Assembly: GCA_951406725.2 (NCBI GenBank)
Contig: OX597815.1
Location: 185,194,001-185,258,000 of the forward strand
Source of the DNA: Octopus vulgaris
Taxonomy: Eukaryota
DNA length: 64,000 nucleotides
Direction: 5' to 3'
Below, in pieces: positions 16,428-30,359 of the stretch (position 1 is its first letter; the number at the start of each line of letters is the position of its first letter). The notes under the pieces were generated by a model. That model did no database searches. It saw only the letters and a program-made list of their open reading frames with translations, and was not told the DNA's origin. Made by a program: the position numbers and the translations under genes.

Positions 16428-16997
16428 TTTTAATTGTTTCAGTAATTAGATTGCGACCATATTGGAGCAGCACCATGAAGAAATTTTACTCGCATGAATC
16501 AGCCCTGGTATTTAATTTTAAGCTTATTACTAATTCTATAGAATGTGTTTGTCGAACCGCTAAGTTACGCTGACGTAAAGACTCCAAAAACGGTTGTCAA
16601 GTGGTGTTGGAGCACAAACGTAGACACACACACATACACACACACACACACACATACACATACAACACACACACACTACTCTCAGTTTCTGTCTACCAAA
16701 TTTACTCAAAACGCTTTGGTCAGCCGAGGCTATAATAGAAGACACTTGCCCAAGGTCCCAGGCACTGAGATTGGACCCAGAAATTGAATCTCTATAATAC
16801 TCTTTAGTTTCTATTATTGGTACAAGGCCAGCAACTTTTAAAGAATGGTTTCAGTCAATACCATCGATTTCAGTACTTAAATGAAGAAAGGCAAATTTTA
16901 CCACAGGGAGATTCGAACTCAGAACGTAGTAAGCCGGAAGAATGTTGCAAAGCAATTTGTTCTTGACGCTCTGATGATTCTGCCACTTCACCACTCT

Positions 16998-17028
<31 letters not shown>

Positions 17029-17500
17029 GCTTATGTTTCCCACTGACCACTGTTTGGACAATCGGTATTAGTGTGTTCACGTCTGCTTAAATTAGCGGTT
17101 CGACAAAACGAAACCGATAGAATAAATACTAGCCTAAAACGTAATTACCCATTTCTTTACTGCCCACAAGGGGCTAAACATAGAGGGGACAAACAAGGAC
17201 AGACAAACGGATTAAGTCGATTATATCGACCCCAGTGCGTGACTGGTACTTAATTTATCGACCCCTAAAGGATGAAAGGCAAAGTCGACCTCAGCGGAAT
17301 TTGAACTCAGAACGTAACTGCAGACGAAATACTGCTAAGCATTTCGCCCGGCGTGCCAACGATTCTGCCAGCTCGCCGCCTTATACTAGCCTAAAATGTA
17401 ATTACCGCCACACCTTGGGCGAGTGTCTTGTACTATAACCTCGAGCCTGCCAAAGCCTTGTCTGTGTATTTAGTAGGCAGAAGTTCCCTCGTGCCGTTGA
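16428..17500. mobile_element. Nested SINE cluster, including a family 2 copy at 17150-17382 (-) with a target-site duplication
   Basis: atactagcctaaaa(c/t)gtaattacc repeated at about 17126-17149 and 17383-17406. Confidence 0.8.
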
Positions 17501-17510
17501 TATGTGTGTA

Positions 17511-17549
<39 letters not shown>

Positions 17550-18700
17550 AGTGTAAGTTTACATCATTTATACGCATTCAGTTTTGTTACTAAGAGAACA
17601 GTAAACGAATCAATTACGACGTAAGTATTGTTTCCTTTTTTATATCTCTATTTGCGCTGAAGATGATAACAATCTGGCTTGTTTCAAAACTTGTTAGAAA
17701 CTGAACAAGAAAAGAATATTTTTCTTCTGTTCACATAAAGATTAATAGCTCATAGTTATTAATAAGCTGTTAAGATCATCTCTATAAATTTTCCATAGAA
17801 ATTACACCCAGCACTGATTTTGTTACGACGTTTAGAATCCGTGACGCCAGATGTAAACAAACAATTACGACATCGTGAATAAAACAGTGGATAATTGTCG
17901 TATATGCCATATTTCGAGAGTTTTTTCTCCTTCATCAGCACCAATCTAACACATTAATCATCCACCAACGCATTGCTGAAATAGCCACAACAAATAGCGG
18001 TGTAACGTTATTGGACATACCAATTTACATATTAAACACATTCCTGGACGTTTGTATGTAAATATTAATAACTTGTAATGACTTGTAGAGAAAAAGATAG
18101 AAGAGAGAGAAAACACGTCCGTTCTTTTAAACGTCCGTGCAGGAAAAGAAAGTTGGTCCCGTGAGGAAAAGAAAGATGGACGATGATCACGTGTGAGCAG
18201 CGTCAGAAAGATAAAGAGGGGGAGAAAGAGAGAGAAAGACAGATAGAAAACAGTGAAGGAGGGTGGGGAGACAAAGGGAATTAGAGAAAGATGGAGGAAG
18301 AAAACAGTATAGAAGATGGAGTGGCATCAAAAAGGCGAAGATACACTTACTTGGAAATGTATGCGTCGCGTTCAATTAAATAATGATAAATGATCTCGAA
18401 ACATGTATATTATTAATCCTGGTCGTGTTGATACATTGCTTTTCTCTTTGCCTTCGTAAAAAAGTATGTTTACAGTCATGGAGATTCTTATAGTAGTAGA
18501 GAATTTTTAACTCCTTTTTCTAATTTCGGTATGTGATGAAGCAGTTAGCTGAACCCTAATTATAATTATATGGATAATTTTAACTATAAAGGTTATTTTA
18601 ACGTACCGATCTAGTTGGTAAAATTGTTAATTAATTGATCAATTAATTAATTTAATTAATAAATTTTACCCTTCTATTATTAATTTAAGATATATATATA

Positions 18701-19252
18701 TACATGCATATTTGGGTACAGGACGTCACCAACAGTGCAAATAACATGAAATACGTAAACAAACGAGGGAAAAGGAGTGAAATACATGGACAACGAGAAA
18801 AGCTGGAAAACGGGACAAGTAGAGAGAGAGAGAGAGAGGGGGGGAGAATGGAGTGTTTTCTCTCTCTTTTCTGTTTTCCAAAAAATGTTTCCTCCACCGT
18901 TCACTATTTTCTTCTCGTTCTGGTCTAACGATGCTTTACGTTTGTTTTCGTTCGGTTTCCTTGTATGTCTCCACTTAATTTTTTTTGTTCGCAACTTTGA
19001 CCCGGCATAAGTGCTAAATTTTATTTCAGAATTTATTGGAACAACTGTCTTTGAAGATATTGTCGTGGAATGCTCGAAATAAAGAGTCGACAGACAGCCG
19101 ATAACTGACAAAGAAGGGTCCTTTCTCTGTGTTTACATGTCCTGTTTTCCATTTTTCTCGTTGTTCACGTATTTCACTTGTTTTTCCCTCGTTTCTTTAC
19201 GTATTTCATGTTACATGCACTGTTGGTGACGTCCTGTACCCATATATACATG

Positions 19253-19253
<1 letters not shown>
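18701..19253. mobile_element. Non-coding element with about 120-bp terminal inverted repeats, in (TA)n; degenerate HHR-like motif at about 19045-19097
   Basis: gggtacaggacgtcaccaacagtgca (18713) versus tgcactgttggtgacgtcctgtaccc (about 19216-19241); internal ctgt-CTTTGAAGA...aatgctc-GAAA...TC-gacag. Confidence 0.7.
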
Positions 19254-19308
<55 letters not shown>

Positions 19309-19455
19309 TAGATAGATAAGAAAGTTGGTTTGTGAAAGCACGTGGGTGAATATATAGAAAATAGTAAAGAGAGTGAAAAAACTACAGAAGGCTTAAATGT
19401 TAATAAATATATATATTTGCGTCAATATGTCTGAAGAATATTAGAAATTTTTTAA

Positions 19456-21611
19456 AAGAACAAAAGTGAACACATCCCACACAGAGGAAGAAATAAAGAT
19501 CTTGACGAATTCTGTAACCACATTGAGAACTTTCCCTACCATACTATACATAAACAGAAAGTTAACTCAAATTTTAACACTACACAATGGAAAGAACTGA
19601 TAGAACTTCAAAATGATGAGGATATAACCATTAAGGAAGCAGACCAGGGAAATGCAGTTGTAATAATGGATACATCATACTACAGAAATCTTGTAATTTC
19701 CTTGCTTGATGACGACCTACATTATGAAAAAATTACCAACTACACCCCACAAAAAATAATGAAAACTCTATCTTCACTAATTAAAACCCATGAAAAGGAA
19801 CTAACAACCAAAGAGATTGACTTCCTAACAAACTTTAAATGCAAACCTAGCCTTTTCTATGGTCTGCCAAAAATTCATAAAAGTCAAATTATAAATGAAA
19901 CCATTAAAAAATCCCCAAAGACATACATACACACACCTAACCCGGGGTACCTAAAACTACGACCCATTGTAGCTGGCCCAACCTGTGAAACACACAGACT
20001 AAGTCTACTTATGGACATCCTCCTGAAACCCTTCCTTAAACATATCGATAGCCATATCAGAGATGACTTAGATATGTTAAACCACCTTCCAAAAAAAGCC
20101 AAGGAAGAAACAATCCTGGTTTCATTTGATGTAGTTAACTTATATACCAGTATACCTCATAATTATGGACTGGAGGCAATACAGTTCTGGTTAGACCAAT
20201 TTCCGGAAGAAATACCAAAAAGGATCAGTAAAGAATTCATTACTAAATCAATTGAATTCATCCTACACAATAACCACTTCATGTTTGACAATACATTTTA
20301 CCGTCAAAAATCCGGAATTGCTATGGGTACAAGGGCAGCACCAGTCATTGCTAACTTAACAATGGGTTACATGGAAATAATCATTTACCAGGAATCTTTA
20401 TCAATCTTTGGAAACCCCCTCTCTCAATACATAAAAGAGAATTGGAAACGATTCTTAGACGATTGTTTTATTCTCTGGAATGAAAACACAGATAAACTCC
20501 TAAAATTTAAAAACCTATTGAACAGCATAAACCCAAATATACAGTTCACAATGGAATACAACCAAAAGGAGCTCCCGTTCTTGGATATACTAATTAAAAA
20601 AATTAACCTTAAAATAGAAACAGACATTTTTTACAAAGCCACAGACGCCAAACAATACCTTCTTTTAATTCATGCCACCCAAGACACACTAAAACAAACA
20701 TCCCCTTCAACCTTGCAAGAAGGATATGCACAATAGTGTCAGAACAAAATACCAGGAACTTTAGACTGCAAGAACTCAAAAACACCCTAATTGACAGACA
20801 TTACCCAGCTCAACTCATAGAGGATGGGATCAGACGTGCAACAGAAATCAACATAGAAACTTTAAGAAAAGTTCAACACAACAACACACCTTCCCCGAAA
20901 ATACTACCTTACATATCTACATACAACCCCAGAAACAAAGAAGCCTTCATCATCATCACCCAGAATTTACCAATACTTCATAAAGACCCCAAATTAAAGG
21001 AAATTCTAAACATACACCAAATCATTAAAAGCTACAAACAGCCTAAATCACTTAAAAACATTCTCACAAAGGCAAAATTGTCTTCTGAAATTACGGATGC
21101 AAAAGTTAAAAAATGTGGTAGATCGAACTGTGCAACATGTCCTAACCTGCTAGAAGGATCAGAATTCCTCTTTAAAGAGGGACAGAAATTCAAGATCAAA
21201 TCTAACTTTACTTGTGCCTCTGAAAACATAATTTATGTCATAAAATGCTCGGGCTGCCACCAAGACTACGTGGGTTCCACGGGACTATCACTCAGACGTA
21301 GATGCATACTGCATTGACAACAGATTGCATTCCCAGAATATAGAATGATACCTTTTGGTGAGCACATTGAGAAATGCGCAAAGCAACTACTACCACAATT
21401 TTTAATCTTTCCATTTTACCAATGTGCTTTCGGATCATCAACACAAATTAGACTAAACAAGGAAACATTCTTCATTGAAAAGTACAAGCCCAGACTCAAC
21501 CATCCGAACATACTGATACAGAGAAATTCACACCAAGGGAAAGGAAAAAAATTTTTAAGCGATTATCTCCCTTACATCAGAAGAAATCACTCACTACCTC
21601 CCCTTATTTAG
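19456..21611 (+). pseudogene. Penelope-like reverse transcriptase / GIY-YIG endonuclease (one frameshift near 20665, one stop at 21315-21317)
   Basis: IKEADQGNAVVIMD, FYGLPKIHK, LRPIV, SFDVVNLYTSIP, QKSGIAMGT, WKRFLDDCF, FLDI; after the shift NSCHPRHTK; Cys linker KCGRSNCATC; NIIYVIKCSGCHQDYVGST; C-terminal ETFFIEKYKPRLN. Confidence 0.95.
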
Positions 21612-21661
21612 AACTCTCCTGAACATAAACATAACGATTACTCTATTCAACATAACGTCGC

Positions 21662-21700
21662 AAGAAATTTGAAAAGCTACACGCGAAACCGGTCTTTCTT
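21662..21700 (+). ncRNA. Minimal hammerhead motif in the Penelope 3' pLTR, U3:A8 variant
   Basis: aagaaat-TTGAAAA-gc tacac gc-GAAA-ccgg-TC-tttctt, at the position expected for a PLE HHR. Confidence 0.6.
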
Positions 21701-21826
21701 TTAAATTATGTCATTATAAGAGAAAAAAATTTTTTTTTTCAAATTTTCTAATATTCTTCAGACATATTGACGCAAATATATATATTTTTTAACATTTAAG
21801 CCTTCTGTAGTTTTTTCACTCTTTAC

Positions 21827-21878
<52 letters not shown>

Positions 21879-21904
21879 ATATATATGTATATATATATGT
21901 ATGA

Positions 21905-22030
21905 CTTCCCTTTACAAATACTGATAGGGCACAGAAAGTGTGTCTATAGCCAGCTGGAGGAGGTGTCTTCCTGGGGCTACAAACTACAGTAGCATCCACC
22001 CTTAGGGGTTAGCTATATTCAAATGGCAAA
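21905..22030. repeat. Dispersed repeat related to 40660-40800 and to the 54670-54860 hairpin
   Basis: gccagctggag...cctggggctacaaactacagtagcatccacccttaggggttagc. Confidence 0.7.
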
Positions 22031-22152
22031 TATACGTCACGATGTGTTGCCGCTACTGTTTATAACACGCTCTGAGATTTATCATTATATGTATATATTT
22101 ATATATGTATATATATATATGTATATATTTATATATGTATATATATATGTAC

Positions 22153-22197
<45 letters not shown>

Positions 22198-22247
22198 TCA
22201 TTATTATCATTATTATTATTACTATTATTTAATTGAACGCGACGCAT

Positions 22248-22306
<59 letters not shown>

Positions 22307-22315
<9 letters not shown>

Positions 22316-22504
22316 GAAGGAGCTTCTACAGGACTAGAACTGTTTCATTCAGAGAAATCATCAGGAAGCTTCCTGATGATTTCTCTTGAATGAAACAGTT
22401 CTAGTCAATCCTGTAAAAACTCCTTCTATATAATAAATTAATTTTACTCTGCTATGTATTGAGTACCTTATTTACTGTGGTTAACCCCGAATCAACCCGG
22501 GACC

Positions 22505-22507
<3 letters not shown>
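22307..22507. mobile_element. Mini fold-back element, family E: two head-to-head HHRs (22321-22370 on -, 22367-22421 on +) plus tail
   Basis: Centre ggaagcttcc; CTGATGA core on both strands; tail aattttactctgctatgtattgagtacc...aacccgggacctac nearly identical to 13380-13446. Confidence 0.85.
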
Positions 22508-22539
<32 letters not shown>

Positions 22540-22765
22540 GAGTGTGATTATGTGTCTGTGTTTATCTCCCACCACCACTTGACAACCGATGTTGGTTTAT
22601 TTACGTCTCCTTCACTTAGCTGTTCGGCAAAAGATATCGATATCTTAGGTAGCAGAATTCTCTTTTTTAAAATAAGTGTTGAGGTTGATCTTTTCGACTA
22701 AAACCTTCAAAGTGGTGATCCAGCCTGGCCACTCTGCAATAACAGCAAACAAGTAAAAAACTAAA
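22540..22765 (+). mobile_element. Diverged SINE family 1, 3' half
   Basis: cttgacaaccgatgttgg...cttagctgttcggcaaaag. Confidence 0.7.
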
Positions 22766-23015
22766 ACAAAACATTTTTTCTCGCTATTATCCTAATGATT
22801 TCATCTTTCACACATCATCATCATCACATCACACTTAGACTCCATATCGATATTTGCATCTGAAAGTCGAACATTTACTACACATTTCATTATCCCACCA
22901 GTTTGAAACAAACCAAATATTTAAACTCCTCGGAAAAGTGGATAAGTAAATATCAGTACAGAATTTGTGCGACACTCTATTCATTAGTCACCTACATCAC
23001 AATATCTCTAATTAA

Positions 23016-23019
<4 letters not shown>

Positions 23020-23070
<51 letters not shown>

Positions 23071-23233
23071 AGTATATATGTACATATATATGTATATATA
23101 TGTATATAAGTATATATGTACATATATATGTATATATATGTATATAAGTATATATGTACGTATATATATATATATATATATGTACGTATATATATATATA
23201 TAAATATATATGTATGTATATATATATACATAT

Positions 23234-23272
<39 letters not shown>

Positions 23273-23466
23273 AGTATATATATACATATATATGTATATA
23301 TATGTATATAAGTATATATGTACGTATATATATATGTATATATATATACATATAAAGGTATATATATATATATATATATGTATGTATATATATATACATA
23401 TAAAGGTATATATATATACATATATACATATATATATATATAGATATATACATATATATATATATA
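23020..23466. repeat. TA-derived higher-order minisatellite
   Basis: Recurring units tgtatataagtatatatgtac and atacatataaaggtata. Confidence 0.85.
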
Positions 23467-23698
23467 TGGATGAATACGTACATACGTAATTGTATATATC
23501 ACAGACGGTGAAAAAAGAACATTAAGAATGATTTTTGCGTCTGCGATTTTAGTCATGTAAGTACAAAGCTCGCGTCTGACATTTATGGCATTATTCTTTA
23601 CAATTTCTCAAATATGTCTGGTTTGATGATGCCAAAATACATTCTATTAATTTGTGTGTCTATACATACGTACATATATATGTGTATAGACACATGCA

Positions 23699-23748
<50 letters not shown>

Positions 23749-24186
23749 AAGATTAATAGAGAGATCGAGAGATTTTTTTCTTTTTACAATTGAATCAATG
23801 TGTGGCATTCGCTGCTTAAAGTTTTCACTAATCATTTTCTCTGTTACTTCTTTTGGTGATCTCTATTTATGGAATTGGTATATTACATACTTCTTGGCAT
23901 CGAAAGACACATTACATAGTAAGTACAAGAATTCACATATGGCGTGCATACACACACACAGACACTATCTGTCTTAACGTACGTTTGCCTATGTGTCGTG
24001 AGTGCATGTATGCGTATGCGTGTGCATATATATATATATGTGTATATATATATGTAGGCAGAATATGGACCGCTGCCTGAATCCACCTTCTCTTTAAACT
24101 CATCTTAAGAATGACTATACTTATCGATCTACCATCGGACGAAATAACATGAACCTTGGAAGGCAACATATATATGTATATATGTC

Positions 24187-24215
<29 letters not shown>

Positions 24216-24218
<3 letters not shown>

Positions 24219-24390
24219 ACATGATCATACGTCCGTGCTATCAGATATGCGCTTCGCATTGTTTTATATATGAGCAGGCCAACAGAAGAAATATACAGCA
24301 GGGACCGCCATACCCCTGCCGGAGCCTTGTGGAGCTTTAGGTGTTTTCGATCACGAGTCTGCTGCCCTAACGACTGGGCCATTGCGCCTC

Positions 24391-24391
<1 letters not shown>
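24216..24391 (-). mobile_element. SINE family 3, internally deleted
   Basis: Reverse complement begins ggaggcgcaatggcccagtcgttaggg, as at 53015. Confidence 0.8.
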
Positions 24392-24436
<45 letters not shown>

Positions 24437-24832
24437 CCTTTCATATACCTTACCATTTCTAGGCTATCAGATGTTGCTACTCCACATTCTGATCACTGAC
24501 ATGTAAAGCACAGAAATAACAAAAATTCTGGAATGATAGTCATGCAAACTGTGATGGAGAAACTAAGATAGTGGCCTCTTTTATGAATATTTAAATAATG
24601 ATATTCTTAGTCTGAACTCTTTCTATGTATTTCCTGTAATCTCAAAAATGCTACTGTGTAATTAATATACATCCCCTTCAACTTATGTTTTAATATAAAT
24701 AAATAGAACAGTATAGAATGTATGTAAATATCAAATATATATTTATCCTATATATATATATATATTTCAATAAATGACATGGTATAAGCTATAGAAAATG
24801 CGAATACTAATGACTGAAATCAGTAAAATATT

Positions 24833-24912
<80 letters not shown>

Positions 24913-25274
24913 CACATGTATATATATATATAATATATATTTACATATATATATTACATCACTGTACATAATACCTAGGCAACAAGTGTCAGAAACCAAT
25001 GTTTTTGTGTACATATTCCCCCCAGAAAGAATTCAAACCCTTGCCCACCACCAAACTAAAAGATAAAAATTACTTGTTTATTTTTCTAGCATTGTGAATA
25101 TTCACTCATAAATATCATACACACAAACAAACTTTCTTCTCAAGAAAATACATATTCAAATAAGTGAAACATAATATCACTTAGCTGTTATAAAAACAAA
25201 GCAATTTAAAAATATATTAAAACAATGTAAATATATGACCTTGTGTCAACATTATAATATAATAGCCTTTTCTG

Positions 25275-25321
<47 letters not shown>

Positions 25322-25479
25322 CATATATATATATATATATTAATATCACTATATATATAGAGGGACATTAAATAATTATTAGATATACAGACAGAGATAG
25401 GTAAAGAGATAGAAGACAGATGAACATTAATAGAGCTATAAAATTACGGCCTGATATGAAAATATGTATGAAATCTGGT

Positions 25480-27088
25480 ATAATTACAGGCGTTTTGAGT
25501 CACCATAGAAAATGCACAGTTTTTAATGTTAGATAATTAGAGAGCTCTCATATATGTATCAGCTCAGAACCATTTTTGCACCGAGGCTATCACTGAATGC
25601 TATTTGTACTCCTTTTCATCAAGACTGTGTCATAAATGCTGACACCTCCACCTGGCCAAGCGAAATGTCTAAGCATTAAATATATATGATATTAATATAT
25701 ATATACTATTTCATATGCTATATATATATATATAGTGGGTAATATATTTGACAAATTTTATATTTGACCTCTGAATTTCACTCCTTCACCATGCTAGTTT
25801 GGCGTCTGATAATTGGGTCATCAATAATCGGCCTTTATTTGGACAATTAATAATATAAATACTAACATATATACATTGTATAATTATCAGTTACCTCACA
25901 TATAGGAACTTAATTAAACAGTACATTAATAATTTCTTGGATGGAAACACAAAGAAGACAAGTTTTATGAGGAATCTATATACAGAGAATATTTAGTAAA
26001 AGAGAGGAGAAACTACTGTTGGCAATATAAAGACATAGAAAGTAAGCTGGAAGTATATTACTGTTTTTAGAATATTTCTCAAATACTTCAAAAATGGCTC
26101 TGTCTTGTATAGTGTGAAAAATGCATTAATTCAACTTTTAAAATCCATAGTAAATATGACATCTAAAAAACCAAATGCAATGAATTTCTACGAGAAGACA
26201 TTTTTCAATTCACAAAAGGAAAGCAAGTCTATGCACAGACAAAGAGAAATTTGAAATAGAGAAAGGGGATAATCTGTTGGAAATACGAAGCTTTCACTCT
26301 TAAAGCTCTGTCTTCTCTCTACTTTTAAGCAACTACAAAATTTTCTGTCTCTCTCTCTCTCTCTCTGTCGTCTCTTCTCTATGCTTCTCTATCTATGCTT
26401 TCTGAAGAGGAGATTGAAAGACCACATTTCAACAATTTTCAGGGTATAAATTATAATTATTGACTCCTTCTTGACATTTCTATTGATTGAAAAAAGGGTA
26501 AAGTTGTCTTGGCGATTTGAACTGTACATTATATATTTTAAAAAATGCCATTACTTTGCCAGACATGTTAACAATTATTTCCAGCTTTCACTCTCTCTTT
26601 ATAACGCTCTGACAATATCATATACATTTAAGAAGCAGATCTTGTCAGAAATCTATAATTTCATTAATCTTTATCGGCCTCTTCAGAATGAAAGCCAGAT
26701 AATTGTACTCACCTTAAAAGTCTGTATACGAAAAGGCAATATATATTGTCCTTCTTATCTATGTAATAAAATAAAAATGAATGAATACACGTGGCAATGT
26801 TTCTGTGCTCAACATTCTCAGCCATGATTATAGATATATACCAGTATTATTAGTCAAAGGATAATTTAAAATGCACACTTTACATATTCATAAATTCAAA
26901 GATTTGTGCCTCTCTCATGGACTCTACAAACAAGAGACTCTTAAAGGGGGACATATATATAAACAATATATATCACGTGGTGACCAATATCTATTGAAGG
27001 AGAAGAGGAAGTTTGTGGAGAGAAAGGATAGAAGAAAGAAAGAGATGTGAGAGCCAGACTAGACAGTGTTTGGGGTAGAGATATATAC

Positions 27089-27128
<40 letters not shown>

Positions 27129-27307
27129 AATTATATGTTTCTGTGTTCGCAAGTGAATCGACATTTGGTGAAATCTTGTTCTGTGTGTTGTGTGGTAATA
27201 AAATGTAATTTATATTAAGAAGTAGATTGACTTCGATCCTAATCTATTCTAAGTCTCTGCGATTTTTTGAATCCTTGAGCATAAAAGAAAGCCAAGTAAA
27301 TTTCACA
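25480..27307 (+). mobile_element. Possible highly degraded Gypsy-like integrase + PPT + LTR relic
   Basis: gcgtctgataat (SDN-like) near 25802, polypurine aaaggggg at about 26943, aataaa at about 27197, ends ...tttcaca; no open frame. Confidence 0.25.
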
Positions 27308-29526
27308 TTGGCTTTCTTATCCATTGTGCTAAATTTCTCTAGGCTCTTATAATATCTCTGAAACATGTAAAAGACTGGTCTCTTGTTGCTTTTTATTTTC
27401 TTGTCCATTGAATGGATAGCAACGGATGTTAAACAGTGACAATTTAATCATGTCTCTTACATTACAAGTGCTTATCCTTAATATCTCTCTCTAAGGTCAG
27501 CTGAACAAGGAAAACAGCATTTTCCTTACAATTACTCATTTTTGCCAAGTGAGAAATCATTTTCTAATTAACATGGTAAGATAAATTAGTCTTGAGGAAC
27601 ATGGAGTCTGAACTCAACACGATCAATGAGACTGAATGTAATGACTATTTACATACGCTTCAAATATATATTATATATATATAATCAAATTTCTATCAGA
27701 TATAATTATCCAGTCTGAATCTTCTTCATTGCTACCTCTCTTCACATAAATAATATAATATATAGACTACATACATATATATTTGATGTGTCTGTGTGTC
27801 TTCTGTGTCTTGAAATCTGTGTGTTTTTTTATTGTATATGAATATGATACCTTTCTATATGAATATATATTTCACAGTGTTTGTTTTATTGTGTCTGTGT
27901 TTCATTTTAAAGCTCTGTGTGTGTTTACTGTCTATTAGATCCATAGATTAAGCTTTATGTTTATATAATGTCGACTAAAATTCAGAAATAAAAAAGTTTT
28001 CTTTGTTATATTAAATTTAAAGGTCTTTATCTCTTTGCAGTTCTAAAGGTTATCAACAAAATATGATCAAAATTAGAGTAGAAAATAAAAGATTATGGAT
28101 TAATTAGCAATAAGTAACTCTTCTGTCTCTTGTAAAAATACTTCACGTCTGTTTTAATTAATTTAGATAATTGCCAAATATTCTCAAAGAAAAAAAGAAA
28201 ATAACTGTATTTTAATAACTCAATTTTCCTATGGCTCCTGTCTTTTGAAAAATTTCTTGATCTCAAATTGAACAATTATTTATGACTTGAAAATTCATTA
28301 ATCTCTGTGTAAAGTGAAATTGATAAATAGATGAGTCAGCTGGTGTTATTGTCTTTAGAATTCTCGATAATAAAATGCTAAGCTTAAAAGGATCAACAAG
28401 TATTTTCTCCATCTCTTATTTATGTTCTCAGTAATACTCGCAAAAGCATAATTAGGCATTTCTCTCTATGATCAAGATATAAATAAAATCTTTTTAAAGT
28501 GAAACTCATATCTAATCTGCTATTTTGAAGTATCTTTAGAGCTCGATATTGAAATCAGAACTAGATCTTACATTGATTGTTTGTTTCTTTCATTTGTAAG
28601 TTAAGTCATGGATTAACTGATGGAACTTCAACTTCTTTCTAAAATACATGTCTCTATAAATCTCTCTTGTTTGATTGCTCTTATAAATTTATCTTCTGTA
28701 TCTTAGTGTTCTACATTAACATGCATCTTAGAATGTGCTTTCTTTGTTTAAAATCTCTCTCTATTTGCCTCCAATGTTGAAAAGAATGACAAAGGAGAAA
28801 AGGTTTGAGCCTGGCTAAAAAATTGTTTGCCGTATTTCTCTAGCCGTATTCTTCTCTCTTAATATAGAACATCTATACTTCTGGGATCATCCTTTCCATC
28901 TAGCCTCAGTGTATCTATCTACTCTGTATCTAATCTTCTGCCTCTCTATCTATCTCCATCTTTATCTATCTGGTGTTATATTTCTTTTCTCTATTATCTA
29001 TTCTCTATACCCTTCTCTCTACTCTTCTTCTCGACTATCTGCATCTCACTCTATCTTCAATATATGTTAAACAGAGAATATAAATCTCAACACATTTGCT
29101 CTTTTAATGTCTCAACATTGTATATTACCTTACACATCATTATTTCAAGCTTGTACATACATATATAAAATACATACAGTGCAAAATATGTTGAATCCTA
29201 TCAGATGATATATCATGTATATATAGAGGTGGTCTTTCCATTTAGCCATTTTAATATTATATGACCATAGGAAGCCGGTATTTAGTAGAATATGCATACA
29301 TAGGCCCAGACTTGTTCTGTTAACGATGAACCTTCAGCATTATATATTAATAAAGTTGCATTATTATATATGATATCTTGTGGCAGATTTAGCTCTGTAT
29401 TCGATCAATATTGTTTTATCCTCAAAGCATAAAAACTGTATAACAGTAACTATTATGGACAATTTGAACATATAGAATAGAAAACTTTTGTCACTATATA
29501 TCAAGGTTATGAGTATATGACATTAA

Positions 29527-29565
<39 letters not shown>

Positions 29566-30027
29566 TTTACTCAATAGAACCAATAGGACGTTGTCACCTT
29601 CATTGCTAAAGATTTTGCCAATCAACATAGGATAAATAATGGAAACATTTTATACATTATGTATATATGCAATATTGTCAAGAATGCCAAGATTTTATTG
29701 ATTAAGACCAACAATTCCAAATTTGAACCATTGCTTTTTATTTATCAATCTAGTAAACAATGAAATATATTTTAGGAAAATGTTGTCTTAACAATGATTT
29801 ATGCCTTGAAATTAATGGTTAACCCCGGAACAGCTTGGCATGAGTTAACTTTAGTCTTGTTTAATCAGTAAACAAAGAAATGGCTTTCCCTGCATCAACT
29901 ATCCACCACTAGAAGAGATTTTGTTACAAGCTATAATTATAAATAACATACTCAATTCCTTGTAAATCATTTTTGTTTTGTCATACGTCTCAGGACGGTC
30001 AAATTAAGTACTTGTGAAGTGCTAGAT

Positions 30028-30182
30028 CAGTGGTTCCCAATCCTTTCCTTTAAATGAGTTTTCCCACTGACCCCTTTTAATATGCATATCCTTAAATGTG
30101 TATATATATATATATATATACATACATACATACATATATATATATATACATATATATATACATACATACATACATACATACA

Positions 30183-30214
<32 letters not shown>

Positions 30215-30359
30215 CATACATACATACATACATACATATGTGTGTGTGTGTACGTGTGAAATTTTGAATTTGGTTCATGGACCCCCAGTACTACCTTTGC
30301 GGACCACTGGGGGTCTGCGGACCACTGGGGGTCTGCGGACCCCGGGTTGGGAACCTCTG
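30028..30359. mobile_element. hAT-type MITE with internal (TACA)n
   Basis: TIRs cagtggttcccaa / ttgggaacctctg; 8-bp TSD tgctagat / tgctagaa; subterminal 18-bp repeats gcggaccactgggggtct. Confidence 0.85.

Larger units (their letters stand above)
19315..21832 (+). mobile_element. Penelope-like retroelement (probably Neptune clade), 5'-truncated, with inverted 5' pLTR copy
   Basis: RT + GIY-YIG coding region; 19358-19450 is the reverse complement of 21742-21832; TA-rich flanks. Confidence 0.93.

Noticed and set aside
19425-19450. CTGAAGAatattaGAAA hammerhead-like core
   Set aside because: No stem II and antisense to the pLTR; the motif at 21662 fits better
30298-30342. Short direct repeats resembling CRISPR
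   Set aside because: Eukaryotic context, no spacers; subterminal repeats of a hAT MITE
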